A stretch of DNA of 64,000 bases from NCBI GenBank assembly GCA_963783375.1, contig CAWANH010000017.1, positions 32,001 through 96,000 on the forward strand, given 5' to 3'. Positions 1-10,819 of the stretch are shown here, piece by piece (the first letter of the stretch is position 1; every line of letters starts with the position of its first letter). The notes below the pieces were generated by a model, which was given only the letters and a program-made list of their open reading frames with translations, did not search any database and had not been told where the DNA came from. The stretch comes from Candidatus Eiseniibacteriota bacterium (GTDB lineage Bacteria > Eisenbacteria > RBG-16-71-46 > JABDJR01). Made by a program: the position numbers and the translations under genes.

Positions 1-372
1 GAGACCCGGGACCTGGCGGTGGAGACGGCCAAGCGGCTGGGAAAGACCCCGGTGGAGGTGAACGACTATCCGGGCTTCGTCTCCAACCGGGTGCTCATGC
101 CGATGATCAACGAGGCGGTGTTCTGCGTGATGGAAGGGGTGGCCGAGCCCGAGGCGGTGGACACGGTCATGAAGCTGGGCATGAACCATCCCATGGGCCC
201 CCTGGCCCTGGCCGACCTCATCGGCCTCGATACGTGTCTGGCCATCATGAACGTGCTCCACGAGGGCCTGGGGGACGACAAGTACCGTCCGTGCCCCCTG
301 CTCCGGAAGATGGTGCGCGCGGGCTATCTGGGCCGGAAGACCGGCCGCGGTTTCTATACCTACCAGTCCTGA
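1..372 (+). CDS. hbd: 3-hydroxybutyryl-CoA/3-hydroxyacyl-CoA dehydrogenase, C-terminal part (truncated by window start)
   Basis: Frame open from base 1; [34 protein letters not shown] and [12 protein letters not shown] are typical 3HCDH C-terminal motifs. Confidence 0.93.
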   Translation, partial: ETRDLAVETAKRLGKTPVEVNDYPGFVSNRVLMPMINEAVFCVMEGVAEPEAVDTVMKLGMNHPMGPLALADLIGLDTCLAIMNVLHEGLGDDKYRPCPLLRKMVRAGYLGRKTGRGFYTYQS

Positions 373-397
373 CCGGGGGGGGAGAGAGGGGAGATCG

Positions 398-1537
398 ATG
401 GAGTTCGCGCTGAACGAAGAGGAACGCCTGATCCGGGACACCGCCCGGGAGCTGGCCGAGAAGGAGTTCGCCCCCCGGGCCGGGGAGTACGACGAGTCGC
501 AGAAGTTCCCCCACGACAACGTCGGGAAGCTGGCCGAGCTGGGGTTCATGGGGATGGGGGTGGATGAGAAATGGGGCGGGGCGGGGCTCTCCAGCCTGGC
601 CTACGTCCTGGCCATGGAGGAGATCTCCAAGGCCTGCGCCTCCACCGGGGTCATCATGTCGGTGAACAATTCCCTGGTCTGCGATCCGCTCCAGAAGTTC
701 GGCAACGACGCCCAGCGGGAGAAGTTCCTGAAGCCCCTGGCCGCGGGGGAGAAGCTCGGGGCCTACTGTCTCACCGAGCCCGAGGCCGGCTCCGACGCCC
801 AGAACCAGCGGACCGCCGCGGTCCGGGACGGCGACCACTACGTCCTGAACGGCACCAAGAACTTCATCACCAACGGCCAGGTGGCCGATCTCTACATCGT
901 CTACTGCAAGACCGATCCCGAGGCCGGTCACCGGGGGATCAGCGCGCTGGTGGTGGAGGCGGGCTCGGAGGGTCTCACCCGGGGCGCCAAGGAGAACACC
1001 ATGGGCATCCGGGCGTCCTCCACCTGCAGCCTCTTCTTCAACAACGTGCGGGTGCCGGCGGATCACCTCCTGGGGAAGGAAGGCGAGGGCTTCAAGATCG
1101 CCCTGGCCACCCTGGACGGAGGGCGGATCGGGATCGCCGCCCAGGCGCTGGGGATCGGGCAGGCCGCCCTCGACGAGGCGACCCGGTATTCCCAGGAGCG
1201 CACCACCTTCGGGAGCCCGATCTCCGAGCTCCAGGCCATCCAGTGGATGCTGGCCGATTCCGCCACCGAACTCGACGCCGCCCGGCTCCTTACCTATCGC
1301 GCCGCGGTCAAGAAGGACACCGGAGAGCGGTATTCGGTGGAGGCGGCGATGGCCAAGCTCGCCGCCTCGCGGGCCGCGGTGGTGGTGTCGGATCGCGCGG
1401 TCCAGGTCCACGGGGGCTACGGCTACGTGAAGGAATACGCGGTGGAGCGGCATTATCGCGACGCCAAGATCACCGAGCTTTACGAGGGGACGAGCGAGAT
1501 CCAGCGTCTCGTCATCTCCCGCAACCTGCTGAAATAG
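398..1537 (+). CDS. Acyl-CoA dehydrogenase (short/branched-chain type)
   Basis: CLTEPEAGSD, GTKNFITNG, QVHGGYGY, YRDAKITELYEGTSEIQR; RBS GGGGAG upstream. Confidence 0.95.
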   Translation: MEFALNEEERLIRDTARELAEKEFAPRAGEYDESQKFPHDNVGKLAELGFMGMGVDEKWGGAGLSSLAYVLAMEEISKACASTGVIMSVNNSLVCDPLQKFGNDAQREKFLKPLAAGEKLGAYCLTEPEAGSDAQNQRTAAVRDGDHYVLNGTKNFITNGQVADLYIVYCKTDPEAGHRGISALVVEAGSEGLTRGAKENTMGIRASSTCSLFFNNVRVPADHLLGKEGEGFKIALATLDGGRIGIAAQALGIGQAALDEATRYSQERTTFGSPISELQAIQWMLADSATELDAARLLTYRAAVKKDTGERYSVEAAMAKLAASRAAVVVSDRAVQVHGGYGYVKEYAVERHYRDAKITELYEGTSEIQRLVISRNLLK

Positions 1538-1552
1538 GAGACTCCCCCCTCC

Positions 1553-2710
1553 ATGGACTTCCGCCTGACCGAAGAACAGAAGATGCTCCAGGACACCGTC
1601 CGGGGGTTCGCGGACAGCGAGCTGGCCCCGGTGGTGCTGGAGTACGAGCGCGAAGGCCGGTTCCCCCGGGAGTTCATCGCCCGGCTCTGGAAGGAGCTCG
1701 GGTTGGGAGGCATGCTCTGTCCCGAGGCCTACGGGGGGATTGCGCTGGACCCGATCTCCTACACCCTGGTGGTGGAGGAGCTGGCCCGGGTCTGGCCCGC
1801 GCTCTCGATCATCGTGGCCGTACACAACTCGGTGGGGGTCCAGCTCATCGCCGAGCACGGGTCCGAGGACCAGAAGCGCCAGTACCTGCCGCGCCTCACC
1901 AGCGAGTGGCTGGCCGCCTTCAGCCTGTCCGAGCCGGGCGCCGGGAGCGACGTGAGCGCGATCCGGGCCACCGCGACCCGGGACGGGGATCACTACGTCC
2001 TGAACGGGGAGAAGAACTGGGTCTCGAACGGGAAGAACGCCGACCTTTACATCATCTTCGTCAAGACCGACCCCGCGGCCGGGAACCGGGGCATCAGCGC
2101 CTTCATCGTGGAGAAGGGGACCCCGGGGCTGAACCCGGGCCGGCCGGAGCGTAAGATGGGGATCAAGGCCAGCGATACCGTGGTGCTGAGCCTGGAGAAC
2201 TGCCGGGTCCCGGCCTCGGCCATGCTCGGTGTTCCCGGGCAGGGGTTCAAGATCGCCATGATGGAACTGGACGGGGGACGGGTGGGGGTGGCCGCCCAGG
2301 CCCTGGGGATCGGGCGGGCCGCCCTCGAGAAGTCGATCCGCTACGCCCGGGAGCGCGAGGCCTTCGGGAAGCCCATCGCCGAGCTCCAGGCCATCCAGTG
2401 GATGATCGCGGACATGGCCACCCGGATCGAGGCGGCCGGCCTGATGGTCTACCAGGCGGCGTGGATGCGGGCGCAGGGGATGAAGTACACCCGGCAGGCC
2501 TCGGAAGCCAAGCTGTATGCGTCCGAGGCCGCCACCTTCGTCACCCACCGGGCCATCCAGATTCACGGCGGCTACGGCTACACCGAGGACTACGAGGTCG
2601 AGCGGTTCTACCGGGACGCCCGGGTCACCGAGATCTACGAGGGGACGAGCGAGATCCAGCGGCTGGTGATCGCCCGGACCTGGCTCAAGGAGCACGCGCT
2701 GGCCGGGTAG
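1553..2710 (+). CDS. Acyl-CoA dehydrogenase (second paralog)
   Basis: SLSEPGAGSD, GEKNWVSNG, QIHGGYGY, RDARVTEIYEGTSEIQR; RBS AGGAGA. Confidence 0.95.
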   Translation: MDFRLTEEQKMLQDTVRGFADSELAPVVLEYEREGRFPREFIARLWKELGLGGMLCPEAYGGIALDPISYTLVVEELARVWPALSIIVAVHNSVGVQLIAEHGSEDQKRQYLPRLTSEWLAAFSLSEPGAGSDVSAIRATATRDGDHYVLNGEKNWVSNGKNADLYIIFVKTDPAAGNRGISAFIVEKGTPGLNPGRPERKMGIKASDTVVLSLENCRVPASAMLGVPGQGFKIAMMELDGGRVGVAAQALGIGRAALEKSIRYAREREAFGKPIAELQAIQWMIADMATRIEAAGLMVYQAAWMRAQGMKYTRQASEAKLYASEAATFVTHRAIQIHGGYGYTEDYEVERFYRDARVTEIYEGTSEIQRLVIARTWLKEHALAG

Positions 2711-2776
2711 CCGACCGCCCGGGGATCGGGCCCGATCGCCCTGGCGACTTCGCCTGCGTGCCGTCTCCCCAGACGT

Positions 2777-2782
2777 TATAAT
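2777..2782 (+). promoter_or_regulatory. Sigma70-type -10 hexamer (TATAAT) upstream of DUF362 gene
   Basis: Perfect TATAAT in a GC-rich intergenic gap ~90 nt before ATG 2875. Confidence 0.5.
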
Positions 2783-2874
2783 GGCCGGCTTGAACGTGGG
2801 GGGAACCCCGCGGGCCTCGGACCGGTCATCCGGAGGGGCATCCCCCGGCTCGGACTCAGGAAAGGGTGCGTTTC

Positions 2875-4021
2875 ATGGCCAAGAGCGTCGTCAGCGTCAT
2901 CAAGTCGGATCCCGAAGACCGTCCTCGAGGACATCGGCAAGGCGATGCGGGAGGCGGGGTATCGGGACCTCCTCAAGCCCTCCGTCGACACCTGCCTCAA
3001 GATCAACGTCACCTGGCACCTCTACATGCCGGGGACCTCCACCACCCCCTGGCAGCTCGAAGGCGTGGTGCGGACGCTGCTCGAGGACGGGTTCCGCCCC
3101 GAATCCCTGTGGGGGGTTCACAACGACACCGTGGTGGTGAACTCCCGGGTGGGGGAGATCAACAACAAGCAGAAGCCGGTGTGCGACAAGTACGGGGTGC
3201 GCCGCACCTTCCTGAACGACCCGGACCAGGAGTGGATCGAGTACAAGCCCAAGGGGAAGATGCTGGTGCTTCCCGAGGTGTACAAGAAGGACGGGATCTG
3301 GATCCCCAAGTTCCTGGTGGGGAAGAACATCATCCATCTCCCCACCGTGAAGACCCACGTCTTCACCACCATCACCGGGGCGATGAAGAACGCCTTCGGG
3401 GGGCTCCTCCACTTCCGCCGCCACTGGACCCACGGGGTGATCCACGAGACCCTGGTGGACCTACTGCGCATCCAGAAGGACATCCATCCCGGGGTGTTCG
3501 CGGTGACCGACGGCTCGTTCTGCGGGGACGGTCCCGGGCCCCGGGCGATCCGGCCCCACGTGAAGGGCTACATGCTGGCCTCGGCGGACCAGGTGGCCAT
3601 CGACGCGGTGAGCGCCAAGATGATGGGGTTCGATCCGATGTCCATCAAGTTCATCCGCCTGGCCCACGAGGAAGGGCTCGGGGTGGGCGACGTCCGGGAC
3701 ATCGAGGTCAAGGGCGCCGACATCTCGAACATCAACTTCGGGTTCCACGGGGACGAGGACACCTTCGCCTCGCGCGGACAGAAGGCCATCTACCACGGGC
3801 CGTTGAAGCCCTTCGAGAAGCTCCTCCTCCAGAGCCCCATCGTCCCCTGGTCCTACGCGGCGTCCAAGCTCTACCACGACGTCTACTGGTACCCGGCCCA
3901 CGGGAAGAAGCGGGTGGAGGAGGTCCTGAACGAGACCGGCTGGGGACGGCTCTTCCGCGACTACGAGAAGGGGCTGGTGGGGCGGAACGTGCCGGGGGGA
4001 GCGGGGAAAGAAGAGGAGTAG
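2875..4021 (+). CDS. DUF362 domain protein (one apparent +1 frameshift near 2915)
   Basis: MAKSVVSVIKSDP (ATG 2875, RBS AGGAAAGG) joins TVLEDIGKAMREAGY in the next frame; LKIN, TTPWQLEGV, LPTVKTH, TGAMKNAFGG, DQVAIDAV motifs. Confidence 0.75.
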
Positions 4022-4121
4022 GTCAGCAGACAGGCGTTTGGGGCGGCGCTGCCTTCGGCATGAATGCAGATTACTCGTGCAAACCGGAAGCTCTGTCGTC
4101 CCGCCTTTGAAGCTCCGCCCT

Positions 4122-4145
4122 GCCCCGCCCCGCCCCGCCCCGCCC
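4122..4145. repeat. (GCCCC)4 GCCC short tandem repeat
   Basis: gccccgccccgccccgccccgccc read directly. Confidence 0.7.
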
Positions 4146-4690
4146 GGTCCACCCCTCCCAAGGCCGCCGCCGACCCGCTCAGGGGCGCGGCAATGATCAC
4201 ATCTCCTCCACCGTTGCCGATAACGATAGGGTCGGGAACCTGGGCGAAAAGATCCGCTTGGCTCCTGTCCTCGGCACGCCGAATGCCGAGATCATCCAGA
4301 GGCGATTCCGGGCCCGGCCCGGACGCCGGGTGGACATGAATCGGAGCGGGGGGCACCAAGCGGCGGTTGCACCGGCGCAAGAGCAATACCGGCGCCTCTT
4401 GGCAGAAGATAAGTAGCATGCCCATCAACAACTAGCAGATCCCGGCAGCAGGCGACCGCTCCCGGAGTAGGATGGGATCTTGACAGGGCGCTGGTCGTCG
4501 CGGGCGCGACCAACCGGCAACGCATCAGGCAGACGTTACCCCCGCATTGTTAGCGATATCTTTGGCCAGCCACGGATCGTCAGGAACCATCACGGCGAAC
4601 TGAGCTTGGAAGGTGCGCCGGGACGGTGAGCACGGTTTCATCCGAATTGTCCGATCGTGGATCCCGGATAGGGGGTTGAGCAACGTGTTG

Positions 4691-7600
4691 ATGTCCAATG
4701 AGCCTACAACCGCAAGCCGGAGGCCGGCGAGAAATCGGGCCGGGTTCCGGGCCCGCGTGGCCGTGGGGCTGGTGCTCCTGACCGGTCTGGCCATAACCCT
4801 GTTCGTCTACCGGGACCTGAACCGACGGGAGCAGGGCCTCCTGCACAGAGAACTCGACCGTCGCACCCAGGCGTATGCGTCGGTGCTGCAGGGCATGATC
4901 GATGTGCAATGCGAGATCGTTCAAGGGGTCGGAAGCTATTTCACCGGCTCGGAGAACGTGACCCGAGCGGAGTTCCACAGCTACTGTACCATGCCGCTCA
5001 AACGGCATGCCGAGCTCCACTCCATCGAATGGATTCCCCGGGTGCCCGAAGCCCATCGCGAGGCCTTCGAGACCGGCGCGCGGGAAGATGGCCTGCCGGG
5101 ATTCATGATCACCGAGCGAGGAGAAGACGGCACACCGGCCCCGGCGGCGAGGCGGGACGAGTACTTCCCCGTGTACTACATTGAACCGCCGAAGGGGCAT
5201 GGGGCCGTCCTGGGACTCGACCTTGGGTCAGCCCCAGCGTTCATGGCCGCTCTCGAAAGCGCGCGGGACGCGGGGACGTTGGCGGCTACGATTGCTCTGG
5301 CCCCGCAGCACGACCTGGAGGGCGGGCTGGAACTCCTGCTCGTGCTTCCTGTATACGAGCATGGCGCGGCTCCGGCGAGCATGGCGGAACGCCGCCAGGC
5401 CCTGGTCGGATTCGCGGTTGGCGCAACCCGTATTGCCGACATGGCCGAGGTGGCGCTCAGCGGCCTGAAGACCGCCGGCCTGGACCTGTCCCTGGTCGAC
5501 GACGACCTGCCGGCCGGCGAGCGATTGCTCCACTTCCACCCATCCCGGTCCCGGACTCAGCCGACCGACGCCCCGGCCCCGGCCCCCGAGAACACCCTGG
5601 GCATCGAGGATCGGGTGTCCCTGGCGGTGGCCGGCCGGCGGTGGACGTTGGTTGCCCGTCCCGCCCCGGCGTTCGGGGCGGCATTCCCTGGTTGGCAGGA
5701 CGAAGCCCTGGCCGGAGCCCTGCTGGCCTTTACGGTCCTAGTCGCGGTCTCTTTGGGCGGCATGTTACGCGCGGCGGAGCGCCAGCGGGACCTGGCTCTT
5801 CAACGCGCCGAGGCGTTCGACGAGCTCGCTGCCTTGGACGTCAGCCTGCGTGATTCGGAGCAGCGATTCCGTGTTCTGTTCGAGGGCGCGGCGGAAGGCA
5901 TCGCGGTCGCCGATGAGGAGTCGCACAGGTTCCAGTACGCCAACCCGACCTTATGCAACATGCTCGGCTTTACAGAGGAAGAGCTGACGGGAATGCCGAT
6001 TCAAGGCATCCATCCCGTCGAGAGTCTGCCCGCCGTGATGGAGACGTTCAATTCCCATGCGGCATCCGCGGAGAGCCGGCAGGTGGCGGCGCTCCCGTGC
6101 ATCCGCAAGGACGGATCCATTCTGTTCGTGGACATCAACGCGGCGCCGGTGGAGATTGGAGGCCGGCCCTGTGTCGTGGGATTCTACAGCGACGCGACCG
6201 AGCGGACGAAGGCCGCGGCGGCCCTCGCCGAATCGAGGGACATGCTCCGTTCCATCCTGGAAACCGTGCCGGCGCGCGTGTTCTGGAAGGACAAGGAAGG
6301 CCGCTATCTCGGCTGCAACAGCGCCTTTGCGCGGGATGCTGGCGTGTCGAGTCCCGAGGACCTGCTCGGCAAGGACGACTTTCAGATGAGCTGGAGGGAA
6401 CAGGCCGAGCTGTACCGCGCCGACGATAGACGGGTGATGGATTCCGATACACCGAAACTCGACTTCGAGGAACCTCAGACCACGACCGACGGGAGCACGA
6501 TCTGGCTGCGAACCTCCAAGGTCCCGCTGCGCGACGGGGAGGGGAGAATCTCCGGCCTCTTGGGCATCTACAGCGACGTGACCGACCGGAAACGGGCGGA
6601 GCGGGAGTTGCGCCGGAGCGAGGAGCGTTTCCGGGCACTGACCGAGAGCACGAGCGACTGGATCTGGGAAGTCGATTCAGATGCTCGCTTCACGTACAGC
6701 AACCCCAAGGTCGAGGATTCCCTTGGCTTCGCTCCGGAGGAGATCGTGGGCAGGAGACTGTTTGAGCTGTTGCCGGAAGCCGAAGCGGACAGAGCGGAAA
6801 GGTTCTTCGGCGAGAAGGCTCAGAAAGGGGAACCGTTCGACAATTTCGAGGTCGCCGTTCTGCACCGCGATGGACATGAGGTGGCGTTTCAGGTCAGCGG
6901 GGTTCCGGTTCTGGACGCAGACGGCGTGTTGAGCGGCTACAGGGGCATCAACCGCGACATCACGGAGCACAAGCAGATCCGGGAGAAGCTGTTGGCGGCA
7001 ATGGCCGAAGCCGATGCGGCCAATCGGGCCAAGAGCGAGTTCCTGGCCAACATGAGTCACGAGATCCGCACGCCGATGAATGGCGTCATGGGCATGACGG
7101 ATCTGCTCATGGACACGGTGTTGACGCGTGAACAGAGGGAGTTCGCCCAGACCATCAAGTCGTCGTCCGAATCGCTGCTGGCCGTCATCAACGACATCCT
7201 CGACTTCTCCAAGATCGAGGCGCACATGCTCGAGCTGGACCCGGTCGGCTTCAACCTGCGCGACTGTCTGGCTGACATACTCCAGACCCTTGCCCTGCGG
7301 GCCGCGGGGAAGTCGTTGGAGCTCGCCTACGACGTGGGCCAGGATGTCCAGGATGCCGTCGTGGGCGACCCCGGCCGGCTGCGCCAGGTGATTGTCAACC
7401 TGGTAGGGAACGCTCTCAAGTTCACGGACCGGGGCGAGATCGTGCTGCGCGTGGAGAGCGTGGAGGAACCGTCATCGGTGACCGGTGATCGGTCATCCGT
7501 CATGTTGCAGTTCTCCGTGGCGGATACCGGCGTCGGCATGTCGGCCGATACGCAGGCCAGGATCTTCAACGCGTTCGCGCAGGCCGATGCCAGCACGACC

Positions 7601-9028
7601 CGCAAGTACGGTGGGACCGGGCTGGGTCTGAGCATTTCGGCCAGTCTGGTTGAATTGATGGGCGGTCGGATCTGGATGGACAGTGAGGTGGGCCGGGGCA
7701 CCACGTGTCATTTCACGGTACGGATGGGAATCCAACCGGCGTCGGTGGCGCGCCCGTCCATCCTGAAACCGCTTCCGGATGCGCTGCAGGTGCTGGTGGT
7801 CGATGACAACGAAACCAACCAGCGCATCCTGACCGACATGTTGACCAATTGGCGCATGCAGGCGGTCGCCGTCGGCGGGGGGGAGCCGGCCCTGAAGATG
7901 CTCGCCGAGGCAACGCGGGCCGGAGACCCCTTCCTCCTGTTGTTGCTGGACGCCGGCATGCCGGGCATGGACGGCTACGAAGTGGCCGAGCGCGTTCGGG
8001 AGACTCCCGACATCGCTCCGGCCATCATCATGCTGACATCCGCGGGCCGGCGCGGCGACGCCGCTCGCTGCAAGGCGCTGGGCGTGGCCGCCTACCTGAC
8101 CAAGCCGATCAAACCGTCGACCCTCCTCGACGCGATCATGACCGTCCTCGGGGGAGGGGAGCCGGACGACGCCGCGGCGCCCCTGGTAACCCGGCACACG
8201 TTGCGGGAAGCCATCCGTCCGCTCCGGCTGCTTCTGGCCGAGGACAATCCTGTCAACCAGAAGATCGCGGTCAACATGCTTGAGAAGCGCGGTCATGCGG
8301 TGACGCTCGCTACGAACGGCGCCGAGGTGCTGGACCATCTCGATGCCAACGGAGCGCATTCGTTCGACATCATTCTGATGGACGTGCAAATGCCCGTGAT
8401 GGACGGGTTCCAGGCCACCGCACGCATCCGGGAACGTGAGAAGACGGGCGGCGGGCACATCCCGATCATTGCCCTGACCGCCCGCGCCATGAAGGGTGAC
8501 CGGGAAGAGTGCCTGGCGGGGGGCATGGACGCCTACGTCTCCAAGCCCCTTCGTACCGAAGCGCTGCTCGACGCCATGGCGGCGCTGCGCCGCGAGCCGC
8601 CGGCCGCCTCCCCGGCCTCCGGGGACCGTCCCGCGGACGAGAGTGAGCGGGTTCACGGCGCACCGGCTCCGGACGATCCGCCCGCCAGCTTCGACCCCGA
8701 TGTGGCCATGACCAGCGTGGATGGCGATATGGGGCTCCTGAGGGAAGTTGCCTCCATATTCAAGAGGGACAGCCTGCGCACGTTGTCGGGGCTTCAAGCC
8801 GCCATCCGGAACGGGGATGCCATGGATCTCAACCGAAAGGCCCATGCGCTCAAGGGATCGGCCGGAGCTTTCGGAGGGCATGCCGCCGCTGCACTCGCCC
8901 TCGCGCTGGAGGAGATGGGGGGACGCCGGGACCTGGCCGGGGCCGAGGAGTTGGCGGGTGCCCTGGCCCTGGAACTCCGAAAGCTCACCCAGGAGCTGGA
9001 CGCATACGTGGGGGGGATCCCATCATGA
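4691..9028 (+). CDS. Hybrid sensor histidine kinase: TM-CHASE-TM-PASx3-HisKA-HATPase-REC-REC-HPt (start uncertain, 4613-4691)
   Basis: CHASE-like EWIPRV...EYFPVYYIEP...LGLDL; three PAS/PAC repeats; H-box FLANMSHEIRTPMNG; NLVGNALKFT, DTGVGM, GGTGLGL; receivers LLLDAGMP and ILMDVQMP; HPt AHALKGSAG. Confidence 0.93.
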   Translation: MSNEPTTASRRPARNRAGFRARVAVGLVLLTGLAITLFVYRDLNRREQGLLHRELDRRTQAYASVLQGMIDVQCEIVQGVGSYFTGSENVTRAEFHSYCTMPLKRHAELHSIEWIPRVPEAHREAFETGAREDGLPGFMITERGEDGTPAPAARRDEYFPVYYIEPPKGHGAVLGLDLGSAPAFMAALESARDAGTLAATIALAPQHDLEGGLELLLVLPVYEHGAAPASMAERRQALVGFAVGATRIADMAEVALSGLKTAGLDLSLVDDDLPAGERLLHFHPSRSRTQPTDAPAPAPENTLGIEDRVSLAVAGRRWTLVARPAPAFGAAFPGWQDEALAGALLAFTVLVAVSLGGMLRAAERQRDLALQRAEAFDELAALDVSLRDSEQRFRVLFEGAAEGIAVADEESHRFQYANPTLCNMLGFTEEELTGMPIQGIHPVESLPAVMETFNSHAASAESRQVAALPCIRKDGSILFVDINAAPVEIGGRPCVVGFYSDATERTKAAAALAESRDMLRSILETVPARVFWKDKEGRYLGCNSAFARDAGVSSPEDLLGKDDFQMSWREQAELYRADDRRVMDSDTPKLDFEEPQTTTDGSTIWLRTSKVPLRDGEGRISGLLGIYSDVTDRKRAERELRRSEERFRALTESTSDWIWEVDSDARFTYSNPKVEDSLGFAPEEIVGRRLFELLPEAEADRAERFFGEKAQKGEPFDNFEVAVLHRDGHEVAFQVSGVPVLDADGVLSGYRGINRDITEHKQIREKLLAAMAEADAANRAKSEFLANMSHEIRTPMNGVMGMTDLLMDTVLTREQREFAQTIKSSSESLLAVINDILDFSKIEAHMLELDPVGFNLRDCLADILQTLALRAAGKSLELAYDVGQDVQDAVVGDPGRLRQVIVNLVGNALKFTDRGEIVLRVESVEEPSSVTGDRSSVMLQFSVADTGVGMSADTQARIFNAFAQADASTTRKYGGTGLGLSISASLVELMGGRIWMDSEVGRGTTCHFTVRMGIQPASVARPSILKPLPDALQVLVVDDNETNQRILTDMLTNWRMQAVAVGGGEPALKMLAEATRAGDPFLLLLLDAGMPGMDGYEVAERVRETPDIAPAIIMLTSAGRRGDAARCKALGVAAYLTKPIKPSTLLDAIMTVLGGGEPDDAAAPLVTRHTLREAIRPLRLLLAEDNPVNQKIAVNMLEKRGHAVTLATNGAEVLDHLDANGAHSFDIILMDVQMPVMDGFQATARIREREKTGGGHIPIIALTARAMKGDREECLAGGMDAYVSKPLRTEALLDAMAALRREPPAASPASGDRPADESERVHGAPAPDDPPASFDPDVAMTSVDGDMGLLREVASIFKRDSLRTLSGLQAAIRNGDAMDLNRKAHALKGSAGAFGGHAAAALALALEEMGGRRDLAGAEELAGALALELRKLTQELDAYVGGIPS

Positions 9029-9933
9029 GGATTGTGATCGCCGAGGATGACGCCGTTACCCGTCGCTTGCTGGAAGCCAAGCTCGGCAAGTGGGGCTACG
9101 AGGTGATCGCCACCTCGGACGGCCTGGGAGCGCTGCAGGCGCTCTCGGCGAACGACGCCCCGCAGCTCGCCATCCTCGACTGGATGATGCCGGGAATGGA
9201 CGGTGTGGACGTGTGCCGCGCTCTGCGGAGGGAAGCGGAAGATTCCTACACGTACGTCATTCTCCTCACGGCCAAGATCGGGGAGCAGGATCTCGTCGCG
9301 GGGATGGAGGCGGGCGCCGACGACTACATCTCCAAGCCGTTCAACTCGAGCGAACTGAAGGTGCGTCTGCGCGCGGGGCGTCGGATCATCGAGCTCCAGA
9401 CCGAGCTGATTGCGGCGCTCGACGTCCAGCGGGTGAAGGCCAGTCACGACCCGCTCACCGGTCTCTGGAACCATGAAGAGATACTTCAGATCCTGGGACG
9501 GGAACTGGTCAGAGACTCGCGGGATGATCTCGATCCGACGGGTGCGATCATGGTCGACCTGGATCACTTCAAGCAGGTCAACGACACCTTCGGCCACATG
9601 GCCGGTGACGCCGTGCTTCGCGCGGCGGCGCAACGTATGGTCGCGCTCCTTCGTCCGTACGATGCGGTGGGCCGCTATGGCGGCGAGGAATTCCTCGTCG
9701 TCGCGCCGGGGTGCGGCAGGGAGGGTGGCGCCGCCCTGGCGGAGCGGCTCCGGGCCGGCATCGCGGCCGCCGGTGTGGACACGTCGGAGGGAGTGATCCC
9801 GGTCCAGGTCAGCCTGGGGGTCGCCGTGAACGACGGGACGAGTGAGTGCGATGTGAGCGCGCTGGTGCAGCGGGCCGACCAGGCCCTCTACCGCGCGAAG
9901 GAAAACGGACGCAACCGGGTGGAGGTTGGGTAG
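9025..9933 (+). CDS. Response-regulator diguanylate cyclase (REC-GGDEF)
   Basis: AEDD...LDWMMPGMDG receiver; DLDHFKQVNDTFGH; I-site RPYD; GRYGGEEF; ATGA overlap with kinase stop. Confidence 0.95.
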   Translation: MRIVIAEDDAVTRRLLEAKLGKWGYEVIATSDGLGALQALSANDAPQLAILDWMMPGMDGVDVCRALRREAEDSYTYVILLTAKIGEQDLVAGMEAGADDYISKPFNSSELKVRLRAGRRIIELQTELIAALDVQRVKASHDPLTGLWNHEEILQILGRELVRDSRDDLDPTGAIMVDLDHFKQVNDTFGHMAGDAVLRAAAQRMVALLRPYDAVGRYGGEEFLVVAPGCGREGGAALAERLRAGIAAAGVDTSEGVIPVQVSLGVAVNDGTSECDVSALVQRADQALYRAKENGRNRVEVG

Positions 9934-10123
9934 CCGTGACGGACGACTCCGTCAAGACCACAACCCGTGAAGGCACCCCGGTCCAGGGTTCCGTAACCGA
10001 AGTCATGCATACAATCTGGCGGCGATTCGCGGTGCCGGCGGAATTGCGACTCCTCCGCGATGCGCATCGGCATCGCGTCGTCGGCGCGCCCCGGCGCCCG
10101 TCCGGTCCCGGACCCGCCGGCGA

Positions 10124-10678
10124 CTACTTCACGATGAACGTCTTCACCGTCTTGGCCATGAACTCCTCGTTCATGTACCGGGGATCGGACGCGTAGAACT
10201 CCACCGTGTAGGTCCGGTCGGTCTTCTCATACGAGACCACCGCGGTGTACTCCAGGCTCGAGGTCTTTCCCCGGTAGCTCTGGGTGACCACGTAGCTCCA
10301 CGCGGGTTGCTTGTCGATCACCGTGGCGTCGATCGGCCCGTACTCCGAGTTTGCCCCGTAGCGCGCGGCGGCGGCCTCCCGGGCGGACTGGACTTCCTCG
10401 TAGGAAGTCGGCCCCGCGTACTCGGTGATCATGATGCTGCAGTGGTTTTCCTCGCCGGCAGTGAAGTAGCCCCGCTGGTCCAGCACCTGCCGGTCCGGAA
10501 ACACCTTCCGCGCCGCCGAGGCGTTGGCGTCGAGCATGAATCCGGCGGGACGCACGGGAACCTGGGCCCCCTCCATCAGGGGCTTCGAGCAACCGGTCGA
10601 CGCCCAGGCCACCATGGCGGCCAGGCCCAGGGTCCGAAGCGTCGGGCGGGCGGCGGGTTTCCCGGCGGTGCCTTGCAT
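10124..10678 (-). CDS. Hypothetical lipoprotein (possibly PsbP/DcrB-like fold)
   Basis: Signal peptide with lipobox-like STGC; RBS GGAGGAGG; host-like codon usage. Confidence 0.65.
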   Translation of the reverse strand: MQGTAGKPAARPTLRTLGLAAMVAWASTGCSKPLMEGAQVPVRPAGFMLDANASAARKVFPDRQVLDQRGYFTAGEENHCSIMITEYAGPTSYEEVQSAREAAAARYGANSEYGPIDATVIDKQPAWSYVVTQSYRGKTSSLEYTAVVSYEKTDRTYTVEFYASDPRYMNEEFMAKTVKTFIVK

Positions 10679-10819
10679 GTGGAATCCTCCTCCTTAACCC
10701 CCATGTCTCAAGAAAATCGCTACAGGCGATAATCGGCCGGCCGATACCGAACTTGAGACTGCAATCTCAGCCCCGGGCCGGCCGGATCCCCCCCGGTGGG
10801 CCTGGGCGGAGGTAACACC

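Noticed and set aside
4064-4600. Short ORFs or a gene remnant upstream of the hybrid kinase
   Set aside because: No RBS, no recognisable motifs and atypical composition in any frame
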